From Ascidiella aspersa (taxonomy: Eukaryota), in contig OZ004610.1 of assembly GCA_963924565.1 (NCBI GenBank), positions 8,618,001 to 8,682,000 on the forward strand: DNA of 64,000 bases, written 5' to 3'. How positions within the stretch are numbered: the first letter of the stretch is position 1; each line of letters begins with the position of its first letter. A program made the translations under genes and the position numbers. Shown piece by piece: positions 1 to 14,137 of the stretch. Under the pieces are notes generated by a model. It had not been told where the DNA came from. It saw only the letters and a program-made list of their open reading frames with translations, and ran no database searches.

Positions 1-471
1 CCTTGTAATCTACAGTTTAGCTATAGTATGACCACAGCATTCAATTTAGCCCTGTGATTTTGACTAACTTAGGCTTGGTATTAAAGGAACACAGTTATTT
101 TGTTTGGTGGAGGTGGAATAAATGTTTCATAAAGGTTTGTAAAGTTGCTCACGATGTAAGTATAAGATCGGCATGTAAATAACGGTTTGTTGCAGGAGTC
201 AAGCCAAAAGATGTTACACGCGCATTTAAAGAGGTAAAACGAATGCCGTTCAATCTTTCTGTTACTATTTGAGTAATTTAACATAACAGTAACAAAACTA
301 TTGAACGACAGTCCATTAGGACACTAATTGTTCGCCAACCCTGCATGTAAAGTAATCAAACAGCAAAAACGTTTTTCAACATTTGCAGAGCTAGTATCTT
401 TGTTTAATCTGAGGCACACATTGCAAATCCGTTTAGGCAAATTGTCTTAAAACACAATAAGCATTTCTTAC

Positions 472-795
472 GTTCAGTATGCATGACCTTCGCGACTCCT
501 GGATACAGTGCTTCCCGCAAGTTCCAACATCGACCCAGGAGCTCCAGAAAAAGGTGCAGGTTGCCAGGTCGAGGCAGTGTTCCGACTTGTGGCAGTAGAT
601 TTGGCCTCTGGTTAGAGTACGACAGAGGCCGTAGTTGGTTCTTACAGCCAGGTGGCAAGTTTGACCGAAGCCGACGTTAGAAGTACACGGCGTCCAAGTT
701 CCCGGTACGTATTGCCCATCGCAGAAGCAAGACTGCTGAGCTGATGATTGCCCTACCAAAGACAGTAGAACTAGCACGACTGCAGAAGTCAACAT
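472..795 (-). CDS. First coding exon of a Cys-rich + thrombospondin type-1 repeat (TSR) protein, paralogue 1; the rest lies beyond the window start
   Basis: Signal peptide MLTSAVVLVLLSLVGQSSA, an 8-Cys domain, then the TSR motif WSSWVDVGTCGKHC..Q.SRRSC. Phase-0 donor AAC|GTAAGA at 471, the same position and phase as in the paralogue exon 7749-8069. Upstream acceptor ttttcttctag at ~834; candidate 5'UTR donor GTAAGT at 1010-1015. Confidence 0.85.
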
Positions 796-1828
796 TTAGC
801 CCTGTGCGTTTTTGCCTAACCTATAGGCCTCGTCTAGAAGAAAAAGAGGTATTTTGTTAGACGCTAAACGAAAGCGGGATTTACTATCGATAGAAAATTG
901 GCAAACTTTGAAACGGTGCTGAAGATGTTTAAAGTTGCGCACAATGAGTAGCCTAGCTACAACCACATTTAAATTACATTCGACAAATCAGCTAACTACG
1001 TTATAATCGACTTACGAAAGTAAAGTGTTTATCAGACAAGATAGTTGAGTGCATAATTTACTAATAAAAGCCATTTTTTAAACGATGATAAAGATATTTA
1101 GAGTTGACAACGAAAGTACAAGCAATAGTTTATCAAAATTTAAAATAACCAAGGACAATATGCTTCAATGACATACTTAATCCAGGTTACAGACAAGGAG
1201 ATTGGTTAAGTGCAAACTTTTGTAATAAAACCGCAAACACTGAACTTTCGACTAAACGCATTTACAACGAAATTACAAGTGAAACATTTACAAAAAATCT
1301 CAATTAAAATCATTTACAGAAAAGCTACAAACAAAAAAAAGCAAATAAAAATGTTGCTAATGGCTTAGCATTTGGCCTGTGAATAATTTTTTTAAATTAA
1401 TGAATACTTGGCTTTGTACGAAATGTATTTTATCAAATGTTTGTTATAGTATCATATTCATTAAAGGCATGTACAATATTTACAAACACAACCTAAACCA
1501 AAAATACCACTTTAATTAAAATTTACATTGGCATATTTCAAACTATTCAAATACTTTTCGACACAGTTGACAACCACACACATAAGGTATAGGCTTCATG
1601 TAACTTAAATACTATTGTACTAAATACATAGCATGGCTTATTTAAAACTCATTTTATTCTTAGTGTAAAGTGGCCCTTTTTATTATTAAAGACTCACAAA
1701 TTGGCCAAGTATATTCCTTGGTATAGTCAAAACCATATTTAAACAAAAGTACAGTAAACAAATTACAAACAACAAGCGTAAAATAAAAATATGCAAATAT
1801 AATGCCCAATCAAACAATTTCGTTTAAT

Positions 1829-4800
1829 TCAATGGTGATGCCCTTCCAACGAGAAATAAACAGGCTCAGGGATGGCGGTGGCTGAAGGGGTCAAGGGCTG
1901 AAGGTACCCCGTCCCATCTGCTGCTAGTCCGTTGTACGCTGGGGCAACAATGCAAAAGATTACCAAGCTTTGTTGAACAAATGCCAAATCGGTAAGAGTG
2001 TATGAACGTTTTTTGTCGCAGTTAAAAATTTAAGTTAACAATACAAAAGGAATGTCGCAACCGAAATATTGTAAACATATTTGAATTTTCGTAAAACCTG
2101 TTTTGCTTTGATAAAGTTATCTGTAAGAACTAATAAGTAAAGGGGAAAACCATACAAAATCGTACGGTAATCTATAAACAATTAAGTTAAGTTATTGAAG
2201 GTAATGGCCTGACACTTTTGACAAAACGTTTGTTGCTTTTAAAATAAAAATAAAAAATTTTTAAATCAGTGTATAGACATGTGTTCACCTATAGAAGTTT
2301 GTGTATGATTAAACATCAACAAAACAATAATTTATTTAAGTTTTTACTTTAAATTCAACCTAAAAGATCAAAAATAACCCAAACAAAGACTTCATTCCAA
2401 AACCAACATCACAATCCCTACTATTACGTCACAATGACAATGTTCGCTCACCTTCTTCAACAGACGGAGTTGTGTCCATCTTTCTGGGGTCAATGGACTC
2501 GTACAGGGGATTTCCCTCCTCGTCCGTGTTGGATCCGAGGCCCTGGGGCCGGTGGGGTAAAGGAGGACCCCCCGGTTCCTCGTAGTTGGGGTTCTGGCCC
2601 TCTGAACGAAAAACGTGGTCGGCGCTGGTAGGCATTCGTCGGATCGCAAGACTGTCCATACTGTAAAAGTTAGAAAACTTAAATTAAAGCTTAAAGCACT
2701 TGTTTGGTTTTCAAACTTTTTAAGTCATAGATCCATTTGAGACATTATCAAGCTTATGGATCTTTAATTAATGTAACACGTAAATTTTAAAACGCATTGA
2801 TCAAACTAATTAAATAGTTATCAACATTATACCTAAAACAAATTTATATTTAAATACAAACTATATTTATAAAAAAAATTGTCATTTTTAGAGTAGTGTA
2901 GTGCACGTACAGGCCCCTGTAGTCATTTTGCAGACCACTGTATTTGGGAAGCACTGACATCAGTCTTAATATTTCATTTTGTGATTTAATTAAAATAGTT
3001 CTTACAGTGTAGTCACAAACATTTTTATAAGCCAAGTAGCTTTAAAAAACAGCAGGCAAGTGTTTTTTCACTGGAATTTAACGTAAGAACGAAGTAAGTC
3101 ATTTTGAAAGAGTGATGCCTGATCGATCTTGCTTGAATTGTCGTTAAGTCCCTTGTTATGAGGTAAGTGATTGTTTCGCATTTCAGCATTTGCTGCCCTT
3201 GCTTAAAGTAACTTGTAACCGGAAATCCTGTATGTCACATGGGCCACGAAAACTGTCACAATGTTTTTGTTCATAACTAGACGCAATTATTTAAAAAAAC
3301 GCATTGTTCGCTGTAAGTCGTGTTTGTTTAAGGGAACTTTTTTATTTTTATGTGAATTGAACTTCGCATTTTGGTAAATCGTTGATTTGAGTTTTGAAGA
3401 CAGTGATTTGATTGAGCAGTGTTTTGTTTGTTACGTACAATCAAGTGCTTTACGTACGATCAAGTGCTGCAGACGAAGTTTTGTACAATTTTGTGCAAAA
3501 TATATCTACTCCAAGTTTGTTCATCCAAAGTGAGCAATGGTATGGTTTGTTGTAAAATACACCGGCAACAGTGCTAACGATTTTTCTTGAAAATTTGTAT
3601 TCGTTTTAAATTCCATGTTTGACCAGATCTGCATATTGATTACGCCACTGTCAATGACGTATGCCCATAGTTATCCTTTATTTGAACTATACATAAGCAC
3701 ACCTCCGGTGTTCAACACTCACCCCGACGATTTTTTTCTTCTTGACACCAAGCATGCGATCACAACGATACAAATGCACAGGATTCCAACAGAACCGAGG
3801 ATGGCCGCTAAAAGAGTGACGTCAACCGGTGCCGGCGGCGCCAACTTGGCCGGGGTGTTGGCTTCGGTTTGAGGGGAAGTACCGCCCGCACCGAGTGATG
3901 AGTTTGCTGTAAAAATCGGAAAGACTTGTAACTAGGAAATTTTTTTATGACCAATAAAAATGATTTATTTTCACCTATAAAATTAAAATATTGATAAATT
4001 TTGACCTATAAAACTAAAATTTTGAAATTGACCTAAAAATTGCCTAACCGTTATTACTTGTTTTTGGTGTTTTAGTGACCGCCAGAAAATCAGTTATTTT
4101 TCGGGTTTTTCAAAACTCTTGAAAATGCTTAGTTAATATGTTTGCATATCAAAACGACAAAGATCTATAAAAACATGCAGTAAAACCAAGACAGTTGGCT
4201 ATTTGAGAAAATGTTGTATAAACAGCCTATTAGTTGAAATTAAAAAAGAAATTCTAAAATGAACAAAGACCTATTATCGAAATGGCACTGAAAAAAGACA
4301 CAGCAAATCTTGATGAATAAGTTTGTCTGAATCAGAGATACACAACTATCTAAAGTTCGAGCTGAACTGAATGCGTTCTTTTTTGCTCCAACGAAGTTCA
4401 AATATAAGCTAAAAACATTCCTTTAGGTATCATTTTTAATCAAATTCAGTATTAAATTAGCGGGTAGCAATCATCCTAACAGTGTGTAACGATTTAGATC
4501 ATATTATGCAAATTGCCAGTGTGCTGTGAACCTATGCATATCGTTTGTCTCTCATGAATTTCCAGATTAACGAGAAAAAAATAATAGGAAAGCCTTCTGG
4601 AGTTTGTTCAACGTCATTGTTTCGAAAAAAAGTCAAGTCGGTGTCTTTTGTCTGGAGTTATTGGTGAACCCCTCTAGCACAGGAAAAGCTAGGCTGTCAA
4701 ATGGAATCAAACAAAACTGAAAATAGTCTCGTTTTGGGTGCGACGTGAAACACCGGTAAAAGTCAAATCGTGGTAAAAATTTATAGCTAGGTGAAACGGT

Positions 4801-7800
4801 AAATTGGCGAAAAATACCATTTTGTCGGAGATTAGGTGGGTTGAAGGGGTTAATTGGGTTCAAAACTCCTATAACCTCTTTCAAGAATGGTTAAATTGTT
4901 GCTGTTCAACGGGATTCGTTTGATTGCGTTTGTAAAAGTTGCTGCTAAATTTGTAACGTCTTAGCTCGTCTTAAAGTTCCAACCACGCAGTTAGACGAAG
5001 AAACAAAGTCGTGCGTTTAGTTGTAACTGACCAACGCGGATTCGAGGCCGCCTCGTGTGCTGTTTTGGGCTTAGCGTAATGCAGCGACGCTTTAGTCAGA
5101 AAACGACTTCAGCAGTATCGTCATGACATAGTGTTATTCATGGAGAGACCGTGTAAAGTATTTGCTCGCTTCTCAGAAGCCTCTTAGTCAAAACGCAAAA
5201 ACGGCACATGGTATGGTGAGATATTCCATCTGTCAAACGTTGACATACTTTGCGTTAGGCTTTAATTAGATATTAATTGAGTATTTGCATTGCGATCCAA
5301 CGGATGCATGCGTAATATTTGATATTCTTTCACAAAGCACAAATGACGTATAAGCGGGTAAATACAATTTGACAGTGCAAGCAATGAATTTTGCTTTCAA
5401 AGTACACTCATCAGTAAGCCCTAAAAGTTGCTCAAAATAGTTAAGTAAAGCATTACTGGAAAAATGAACTTGAAGTTGATTGTTGTTTTATATGTGGCCC
5501 TTAAACAACTTAATAAACCGCAGGCTCTTAAACTAAGATTTTGCGTGTTCAAACTGTTGATTCAAACTCAAAAATTGATAAACCAAGTTTTATTTCAGTC
5601 TTCAATTGCTTGCATCTTTAAAGAGCGCACTTACTTGTAAAACTTTCTCGAAATTCAAACTGAGAACCACAATCTAAGAACTTTTTTCCCGACAGTTTAC
5701 ATAAATATGTCAGTAAGATATTAACATACGAGTCATTTTCAAACAATTAATGTGACTTTGATTTCGGTAAGCCTCTCCGAAGGCATCTTGTGTAGATGGC
5801 ATACGATCCGGAAATGTGATGTAATAGTGACAAACGTGACGTCACATATTTCAAACACTTTAAGGTACTTTTAATATAGTTTCGTCTTTCAATCAAAATG
5901 TATTTTACCTTGAGTCGAGAACGGAAGTCCATCGGAAATTCTAGGGTCAGTCGAGATAGGGTTGTTTCTTGTTGATCCATGAGGTTTATTTGGTCTGTTC
6001 GGTGTGGTTCCAAAAGGCGGCGTGTTATTGATCGGTCTCGTTCTTATTCTGTTTACATGGTCGGTTGCTATCGTTGTCGTTTTTGCTGTTGATTTTGTTG
6101 TTTTTGTTGTAGTCGGCCTTTTCGTTGTGGGTGCTACTATAGTTGTTGTTGTTGTTCTTGGTATGTAATAAAAGCAGAATAAGATGGTACAGTTGTAACC
6201 TACGGGGTTGGCGAGATGTATAATCAATCTAGGTGAAAAGATAACAGTGGTAGATTTTCCACTTTAATCCTATTCCCTAGACGTTTTGGTTAAAAAATAT
6301 ATAATATATTACCATGGGGTCAACCTATGTACAACACGAACCGACATAAATCAACCTTACCAAAAGTTTGACTTATTTGAATGACTGAAAGTAAATTTAT
6401 TTTAAAACTAATCGTAATTGGTATATAAAAGTCAAACATTTGCACTTACTGTAGTAAACTGATTTGATTTGATTACCATTAGTATTTTGTAAAGCAAACA
6501 TCAAAAATAATGTCAATAAATTTCCACCAAAGAAACAATCGAAGCCAAACCTTTTAGAAAGAATGAGATAATTCCATTTTAGTTAAGTCTTGAACTAAGT
6601 GATTACATGGCTTCTGTTTTGGGAGCCTAACTGAAATAAGCTCCATCCAAACAAAGTTTAAAGGAAACCCCAAAACTAGCATTCCTAACATTAAAACTGT
6701 CTTACCTGACACAACTCAATCGGCTCAAGCATGTTACGTTCCTCGTTTCTTCTGATTTTCCATTGCTTCCCAGACAAGAGGTTACGCGCACATTTCCCTG
6801 GGTGAAAGCAAAAACAAGGAGTCAATAACACTGTTCTAAAGTCATTTTAGAATGACTAAGTCCCAGTAAGTCATTTAAAAAATAACCTCAAGTCCAAGTC
6901 AAGTCGTTTGCAACCAATAAGAAGTCAAATCTCTCCAAATCATTATGAGAGCAAACCAACTTTAAGTCAAGTCATTCACAATAAAATAAAACAATTAACT
7001 AATAAAGTTGGTAAACTTGTCCGATAATTATGAGAGATCCCCAAATAATAACAAAAACGCAATATATAGCAAGACAATTGTTTTACGTGCAACAATTAAG
7101 AAAAACAAAAAAAAAATTAATAAAAACACATCATTTTAACCCAAGTTATATGACAAAAGACTTAAATCACAAGTCAAGTCATTTGTCAAAAATACTTGAG
7201 GCAAGTCAAGTCATTTTGACAAAGAACAATTTAAGTCATACTCTAAATTTTAAATAAAAAAAATGGTTTTAAATTGCTAAAATTGATGATTTTATCCGTC
7301 ACCAACATTTGATGTCCATCACATCGCAACCAATGTAAAACTGTTTGACGCGTTAACTTGAATTAAATATCTAAATTATAAGAAGGATGTAATAACAATA
7401 AACACGCTGAGTTCAAGTCATTTGCATAAATATATCGTAAAAGCCGAATCATCTGGTAAAAGTAGAAAAGGTTACATTTAGCTATAATGAATATCAGCCC
7501 AAAAACAACGAGTAAACAGACATCATCTTGATAAAGATTTCAGTCACATTATCTGATGATGAAACAAGTGCGTAAACGTCTTTATCAAAATGGTGTCGAT
7601 TTATTCGACATTTTTGCCTTTGACGTTCATCCCAAGCTACATTACAGTTCCGTGCATAATGTACCATGTTTAAATAAATAAATAAAATACGAACTTAAGT
7701 TTACTAATTTACGAAACGATTGAAACACTGGCTTAAAATTACACTCACCTGCCGATAGCAGTATCTTGCCGAGGGCTGGACGCCAACACCACATCGAGTA

Positions 7801-8069
7801 CTGCATCTTCCAACACTCGACCATTGACTCCAAGAACCAAGGCAGGTCGACCTGTCCAAGCACCTCACTGAGTCTTTACAGCGCACTCCGGACTTGCAAA
7901 GCACTGTTCGTTGGCGTGTGGCCTGGTCGCAAACCTGTCCTAACCTTTCGTTTGACCTGCACCCAGTTGTCTTTACCCTTAGGCTTTTGCAAGTGCATCT
8001 TTGGGCGTATCCGCTTGATATTGACAGTAGCGTTGCTATGAGTATTATTGCAAATGGCTTTAAATTCAT
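1829..8069 (-). CDS. Type-I transmembrane receptor: signal peptide, 8-Cys domain, TSR, Thr/Pro-rich stalk, TM helix, tyrosine-motif tail (387 aa, 6 coding exons)
   Basis: Exons 8069-7749, 6797-6706, 6156-5909, 3906-3723, 2660-2452 and 1938-1829 join with GT-AG boundaries and matching phases (0,2,1,2,1) into 1164 nt ending in TGA. TSR: WSQWSSVGRCSTRCGVGVQPSARYC...C...C...C. Stalk: TTTTTIVAPTTKRPTTTKTTK. TM: LLAAILGSVGILCICIVVIACLV, followed by SRRKK. Tail: NPNYEEP, NPLYESI, AYNGL, GYLQP, PVYFSL. Confidence 0.85.
6830..7250. repeat. Dispersed repeat (probable MITE) rich in AAGTCAAGTCATT motifs
   Basis: Many CAAGTCAAGTCATT units. Related patches occur at ~10240-10320, ~22120-22240 and ~27866-28230. 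Boundaries are approximate. Confidence 0.55.
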
Positions 8070-9344
8070 ATTTCAGATAAGTGCTAATTGTTTTAAAAAG
8101 GGTTGCTGAGAGAGCTGAAATTATTTGTTAGAACAGTTTATGAGAATGCTATAGCCAGGCAGTGGTTCTCAAACAGAAGTTGGGGGTTCGCGGAGAAGGG
8201 TTAAGCGGCCAGCATAACATCTTTAAAGTCAATGACTGATCAATGGTATTAGTCGGAACTCCTCCTTTTTAGTTCCAGTTTTTAGGTAGAGTAAAAGTAG
8301 CTGGTATGAGGACTGTTTATTATTTCAAGAATGGCAAATCGGTCTAAGTATGTAAACTATTTTAGAATAAATATTATTTTTGCTGCGATAATTATCAATA
8401 TTAAGTTTCAGTGTTCACTTGTGATAGTTGCTACAACTGAAACGTTCAATTGCTAAACAAGCCCTAAATATTCATAGCTATCATTTTCGATTTTAAACTA
8501 TATTGTCAACTGAGTTTATGCATTTATTTTGTTTTGAAATTATATAAAGATAACATTTATTGTGGTTTGTCCTATTGCAATTTACAACCTTTTAGAGGTG
8601 CATAATTGAATCCAGTGGTTAAAAGTTTTTTTTCGCGGCGACACAAATGCTAATAACTAGTTCGAATTAAATTAATATAAGCCAGGTTATCCACGTTTTC
8701 GCTTTGCTCTCGCCAAGTATTATTCAGCCCAATCCCAATAAATCTAATCAATGTACAATAGTAGTACATTGAACCTCAGCCAAATCAAACAGCCTGCCAA
8801 AAGCAACCTATTGGTAGAAAAACACTGATTTAATCAACTTCAAATTATTCTGATAGAAAGCATAGGTTAATACAGTATTACAGCTGAACTAGCCGTTTTA
8901 AACGTCTACTGGACTTTTCTGAATCGAACGAATTTATTTCGCTTGTCAGATGAGTTGTCATAACAAAGGTATTTATACAACTTATTAAATCACAGAAACC
9001 ATCACCTCTATCAATCAATTGTTATTTGTCTCAATACAATTACGATGACACTGTTTAAGAGCAGTTACGTTGAATCACAGCCTTAAGTTCCTTCACTTTT
9101 AAGGTCAAATTCGTTTAAAATGCCTAAACTAGACAAAAGACAGCGCAGGCAAGTAATTATTTTATCGTCGGTAAATATTTGGTTTGGTGGTGGCAAATTT
9201 CCAAGAATAAATTCGCCACTTTTACAACGTTTCTAAAAAAGTTTTTTGTCCATTGTGCATGAACTTCCGGAATCTGCTTCAATCAATACATTGATTTTCG
9301 GTTTAAAACATTTGAAAACTTTCTGCATAACCTATTCGCCAATA

Positions 9345-9515
9345 ACTTACAATTTTAAACACGGAAAAATCTCCAGCTGATGTATGCGTTCACATTGGCT
9401 GGCGTGTAAAAGCGTTGTGAAAAGTCAAATTAGCGTTGTAATTACGCCAGTCCGCGCGACAAAATGCAACTGTCACGATTTCATTTTCCTGTTGTCAGAA
9501 GCTGTGACGTCACAG
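9345..9515 (-). promoter_or_regulatory. Candidate promoter / non-coding first exon of the TSR receptor
   Basis: Minus-strand donor GTAAGT at 9345-9350 could splice to the acceptor tttcag at 8115-8120, just upstream of the ATG. A 14-bp CRE palindrome CTGTGACGTCACAG lies at 9502-9515. Confidence 0.35.
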
Positions 9516-9807
9516 GCACGTTGTGTGACAACATAAAGCGCCAGAGATTTTAAACATACCTACACCAAGAAAGTTTCTGTTTTTTCCACTCGATATCTTA
9601 CTATTGTAAATTATTATTCTAAGGCTCAAACGGGTTTATATTTAAGTAGTTTCATATATATGTGCTATTTCTATCACGTCATGGTACGGAATTATCTAAA
9701 TTCTAATTATTCAAAAAAATACTGTAAAATGTTAGCGACGCTGCTTTCGTTAGAAGAGCATTATTAGTCAAAAAAGGTTAGTTTCCCTGAAAAGAGTTTA
9801 ACGAGCT

Positions 9808-10111
9808 GTAGAGTGATCAAAGTTGGCCCGCGAGTTCAGCTTTTATGGCGCGCGAACTGATAGTCAGCTTTGGTTCAATCTGGCAATATCACTTCAATTT
9901 TTGTTTTTTTAATTTTTTGTGTTGTAATTATTTCATAACTACCGTAACTGAACAAAGGTATACATTCAATAAAGTTGGTATATATGCCATAGAATAGACT
10001 ATGTATAATTTGCCAGCAATAAGCCTAAGAATCGCAATTTAAAAACATTAGCCCGCAAGATAAAATAAACCTTGTTTTTGGCCCGCGATGAAAAGAAGTT
10101 GGACCAGCCTG
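9808..10111. mobile_element. Degenerate non-autonomous hAT (Charlie-like) MITE
   Basis: GGCCCGCG subterminal motifs at both ends and terminus ..AAGTTGGACCAGCCTG; same family style as the elements at 30341 and 31483. Confidence 0.5.
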
Positions 10112-13100
10112 TTCTATTATATTCTTGACACAATACCTTGCTCAGTAGCACCCCCGTCCGGTGACAGTTATTCGATATTTTCAAGGCTAGATGAGACAAA
10201 GAGCTATGTGGGAAATGTGGTGTTGAAACACCAGTCTTCTAATGACTTTAGTCTATGACTTGTCACTGTTTTCAAATGACTTAACTTGATTTTAGTCTTT
10301 CGGAAAAATGTCTAGAGTTAAAATTAAGTGTTTTCACCCAGCAATTTGTTTATAAAATTCGGTTATTAATCTCAGTTTTTGCACGTAAAACAATTTGCTT
10401 GCTATAGACAATAAATACTGTTACGGATGGCAGCGCAAAGTTACGTAATACCGTAAGAATAAAAAACAACTATTCTAAATAAACCTGAACCAGTACACAA
10501 AAATGTAGGTGAATCTCAGGCATTTCCGTAGGCAAAGTTGGCGAAAAATATGTTTTTGACGAAACCACGGCCTTGTTTACCCCTTTCTTCCTATGGACCC
10601 TCCCTAGCACAGGATAACACCCAGAACCGCAAAGGCATTTCTACCACGACATAGTTCCTGCATGATTACCGCACGATAACATCAAGCACTAAATTGACTG
10701 CTGAGTGACTCATTTTAGCAAGAACCTTGGTGCAGTTTATCGCCTGCGATTTGCGGACGATTAAATGTGGCCTTGGTGCTTTGTAAATACCAGGATGAAA
10801 TTAACTGCATTAGGAAAACGTAAAATCCTTAACTGAATGACCATATGATCTTGTATTTCAGGTTTTTAAAGGCCAATCGGGAAACCTCATGTTGTAGCTC
10901 CTATCAATATTACGCAATCTTAAATAAAAACTTGCTTTAAAAAGTAGAGGATTGAAGAAAAGTATTATAAGGAACCTTAAACAAATTACAGCTTTAGATT
11001 TTAAAACATAAATTGGCCTTATTGTTGTAAAATGCTTACGTAGAAACTTGTGTGGTACAACCCAAAAATATATATTTAAGAAAAACGTTATTTAAAAAAA
11101 AATTAAAAAATTAAAAAAATCTATATATTTAAAAAGTCTTAGCAAGGACTAGTATTTATTTTTGAACTTGAAATGTTTTCCCATATCACTTTAAAGGGTA
11201 AACGAAAAAATACACCTGTAAGTGAATCGCCCTTGCATTATACGGTTGAACTTTAACGTCAAACAGAAGCAAAAGTTGAAGAGCAAGTATAGTGGCGTGA
11301 AATTTCGCAGCAACCTTATCTCCCCTCCAACCATCTTAAATCCCCTGATTGTACCTTATGACGCCCGTATCGCAATGTGGTCTTGCTTGCGCGACATTTC
11401 CTACCACAAAGTCGTTCCCACGATTTTTAGCAAATACAAGTCTTGGGTGTTATGCGTTCATGGGCATTTTTAGCCATTGGTTTTGGTGGTATTACTTGAA
11501 GGACGTCGTCTTGCTTTAAATTGACTTCACAGAGAACATAGACATCATATAAACTATATAAATGATGAGCAAATGAACGTTAGCACAGTTATCTTTTAAG
11601 TTTAGTCGGAAATAGGGCTCGATGGGACAGAACACTCGATTTAAATTCAACTAACGTATGTTTAATTCCAGCAGTTCAATTAAAACAGACTTATTTAGTC
11701 TATTAATTCGAATAGTAATCCTTGTTTGACAATGTTTTACAACAAATAGTAAAACGCCAAAGACAGAAAAACCGTTTGTAAAAAAATTTAATAGTATGAC
11801 ACAAAAAAAAATTAATCACATAGGAAAATGGCTGCAGCATTATACTTAGAACTTTCCCCAATTATTTGGCCATATTTCGAAATAAGCTTCTCAAAATTAG
11901 TTAAAATTACCAGTGGGTCCAAAGTGGTCTTCTAAAAAGTCAAGCTCTTTTAATTTTCTTTACTGGTAAAATGCTGCATGCAATTTCGGGTCTTCGGGCT
12001 AAATTTTTGCGCGGTTTGCTAAAATGCGCAACGCGTCGAAAATGTGCTGCAGTCTATTTGGAGTTCGAAAGTTTTCTGCTTGCAAAATAAACGCCGGAAA
12101 ACAATGCGTTCGGCACATTTAAGGTGGATATTGTTGTATATAAATGTAAATCATATTTGAAAATAGCAATACAAGGGAAAAAGTTTAACATTTAAAAGTA
12201 AGAGTTTACTGTGAACACCTGATAAAATAAAGAGGTTTAGCAGGTTGTGCGCGAGTGCGTTGCGTAACCTGTGAGAAACGTAACACGTTTGCAAGACAAC
12301 GATCTCAGGTTTGTCGCCGACACGCGATATAGAGATTACATGATAGACAAAGTCATACAGGAATGTATCAAAAAGCTGCAGAACAGGCCAACGCACCTGC
12401 TCAAGGAACCTGTATCCTAAAATCACATTTGAAAAGTTTTTTTTGCTATTTTAATAGCCTAGGGCAGGGGTCACCAAACGTCCATAAGGGGGCTGGATAA
12501 CTGTAAGACCTGGTCATGGCGGGTCGGCTAACTGTAAGTTTTGTTGGGTTAGCATCGTTGCTGCAAGACTGAGCTCAATGGGTTTGCCCTTTGCCACATA
12601 TTATTAACAAATAATGATGTTTGTTAGATTCTTAGATTGGTGCAAGTTTATAAATCGGTACCAACAGCAATAGCAAAATAAACTATAAATTATTTACCCT
12701 TCTCTCGATTTTTCGCCCTTGCAAAAATCATATGTACCCTGGGGACGGTGGACCATTCGCCGATTGAAGAAACATTGGCCAATAAGGGACAGAACGCTAG
12801 CGTCTTAAATCACAATTACAGTCGGGAAATGTAGAGAACTGTAATGATTGCGGTGTATGAAAAAAAAACGTAATGTTTACACTTAAACATTACATTTGGC
12901 GATATTTTTTTCTTTTACGTAATTCGGTAATAGGAGGGAATTTAAGATCACTGTCGGAAACGTAAGATCAAAAACATTTTATTTGTACTCTGAACTATTA
13001 AAAGTTCCAATTAAATGATTGAAAACAGTAAAAAATAATAGTTGTTGATTTGTCGAAAGATCTTTTGATTTTTTTGAAGACTAAAGATAAAAGATTTTTT

Positions 13101-14124
13101 TCTGGAAAGTTTGTTTAACGATTTAAAAATTGTTTAACGATTTAAAAAAACTTGCCCGAAAGAGTATTTTGCCAGATATAGTTTTTAACACAGTGATTTT
13201 CTGAATGCGCTGTTGGAGACACAATTAACGTCCTTGTTTCGCAGGTCGCCTACCAATTCAAAAAATAAGAATTCGGATTTGTGGCGAAATAGATCTCAGC
13301 AAGTCGTGAGTGTCGCACGCGGAGGCCTGTTTTGCCGAAAATAAATGCACTTTAAAACACCGCAGCGTTTCTCTCTAAACGCAAGAGTCTCGCGACGGCC
13401 ATGGTTGTTTGCTCGAAAAACCGCATCGTGTTATGCCACAAGCGAGCAAGGCTTAGATCCCAAATCCAGAAGTAATTGCCTTTCGACGAATTTCCTCGTC
13501 GGGGAAACGTAAGGCTTGATTAACCGACCGACGGTAAACTTACAAGGCGAACAAGCTTAAATCGGGGCTTGGTTTGTGGCTTTCAAACAGGCGGGAACCA
13601 GGGACGTCATTTGGCTTCGCACGCATCCAATTATTATTATTGTTTTGTCGGCCAGAAAATCGTTTAAAAAAAGAGCGTTTTACAGCCTGATACTGCTGTG
13701 CTGGAAAATATGCCTATAAGTAATTCAAAACTCTGTCCCAATAGTTTGGAAAACAAACTATTTGTATTAAGTAGTTATGCAGACAAGCATGCAAGACTGT
13801 CACATTAACAAACAACTTATATAATATTGCCTAACACCTTGAAATCTTGTGAAGGGCAATCGTCAAGCTTTAAAACTGACGTTTTTTATAGTGTTTCTCC
13901 TATTTTTTTGGAGTTTTTTAGCGTACGGAAAGCTAAAAAAGAAGCACTACATAAGGTGCGTATGGAACGGAAACTGCCCACAGCCGATGCATACAAACTC
14001 GTTGTTTAGAGCGTTTTAAAGCGGCTTCTTGAAAGGCGCCGCCCACCGTTCTCAATTCGGAGTTCAAGGCGACCCATCGCGTGCAAAAGCTGCTTTGAAA
14101 TTGCTAGCAGTCTCAGCCGCTGGC

Positions 14125-14137
14125 GGGGACTTTCCCC
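14125..14137 (+). promoter_or_regulatory. Canonical NF-kB/Rel site GGGGACTTTCCCC
   Basis: Contains the exact kB decamer GGGACTTTCC within a CpG-rich non-coding block. Motif match only. Confidence 0.3.

Noticed and set aside
833-1829. Operon or SL trans-splicing between the two TSR genes
   Set aside because: A good cis donor (GTAAGT, 1010-1015) can serve the acceptor at 834, mirroring 9345/8115 in the paralogue. Nothing in the sequence requires trans-splicing.
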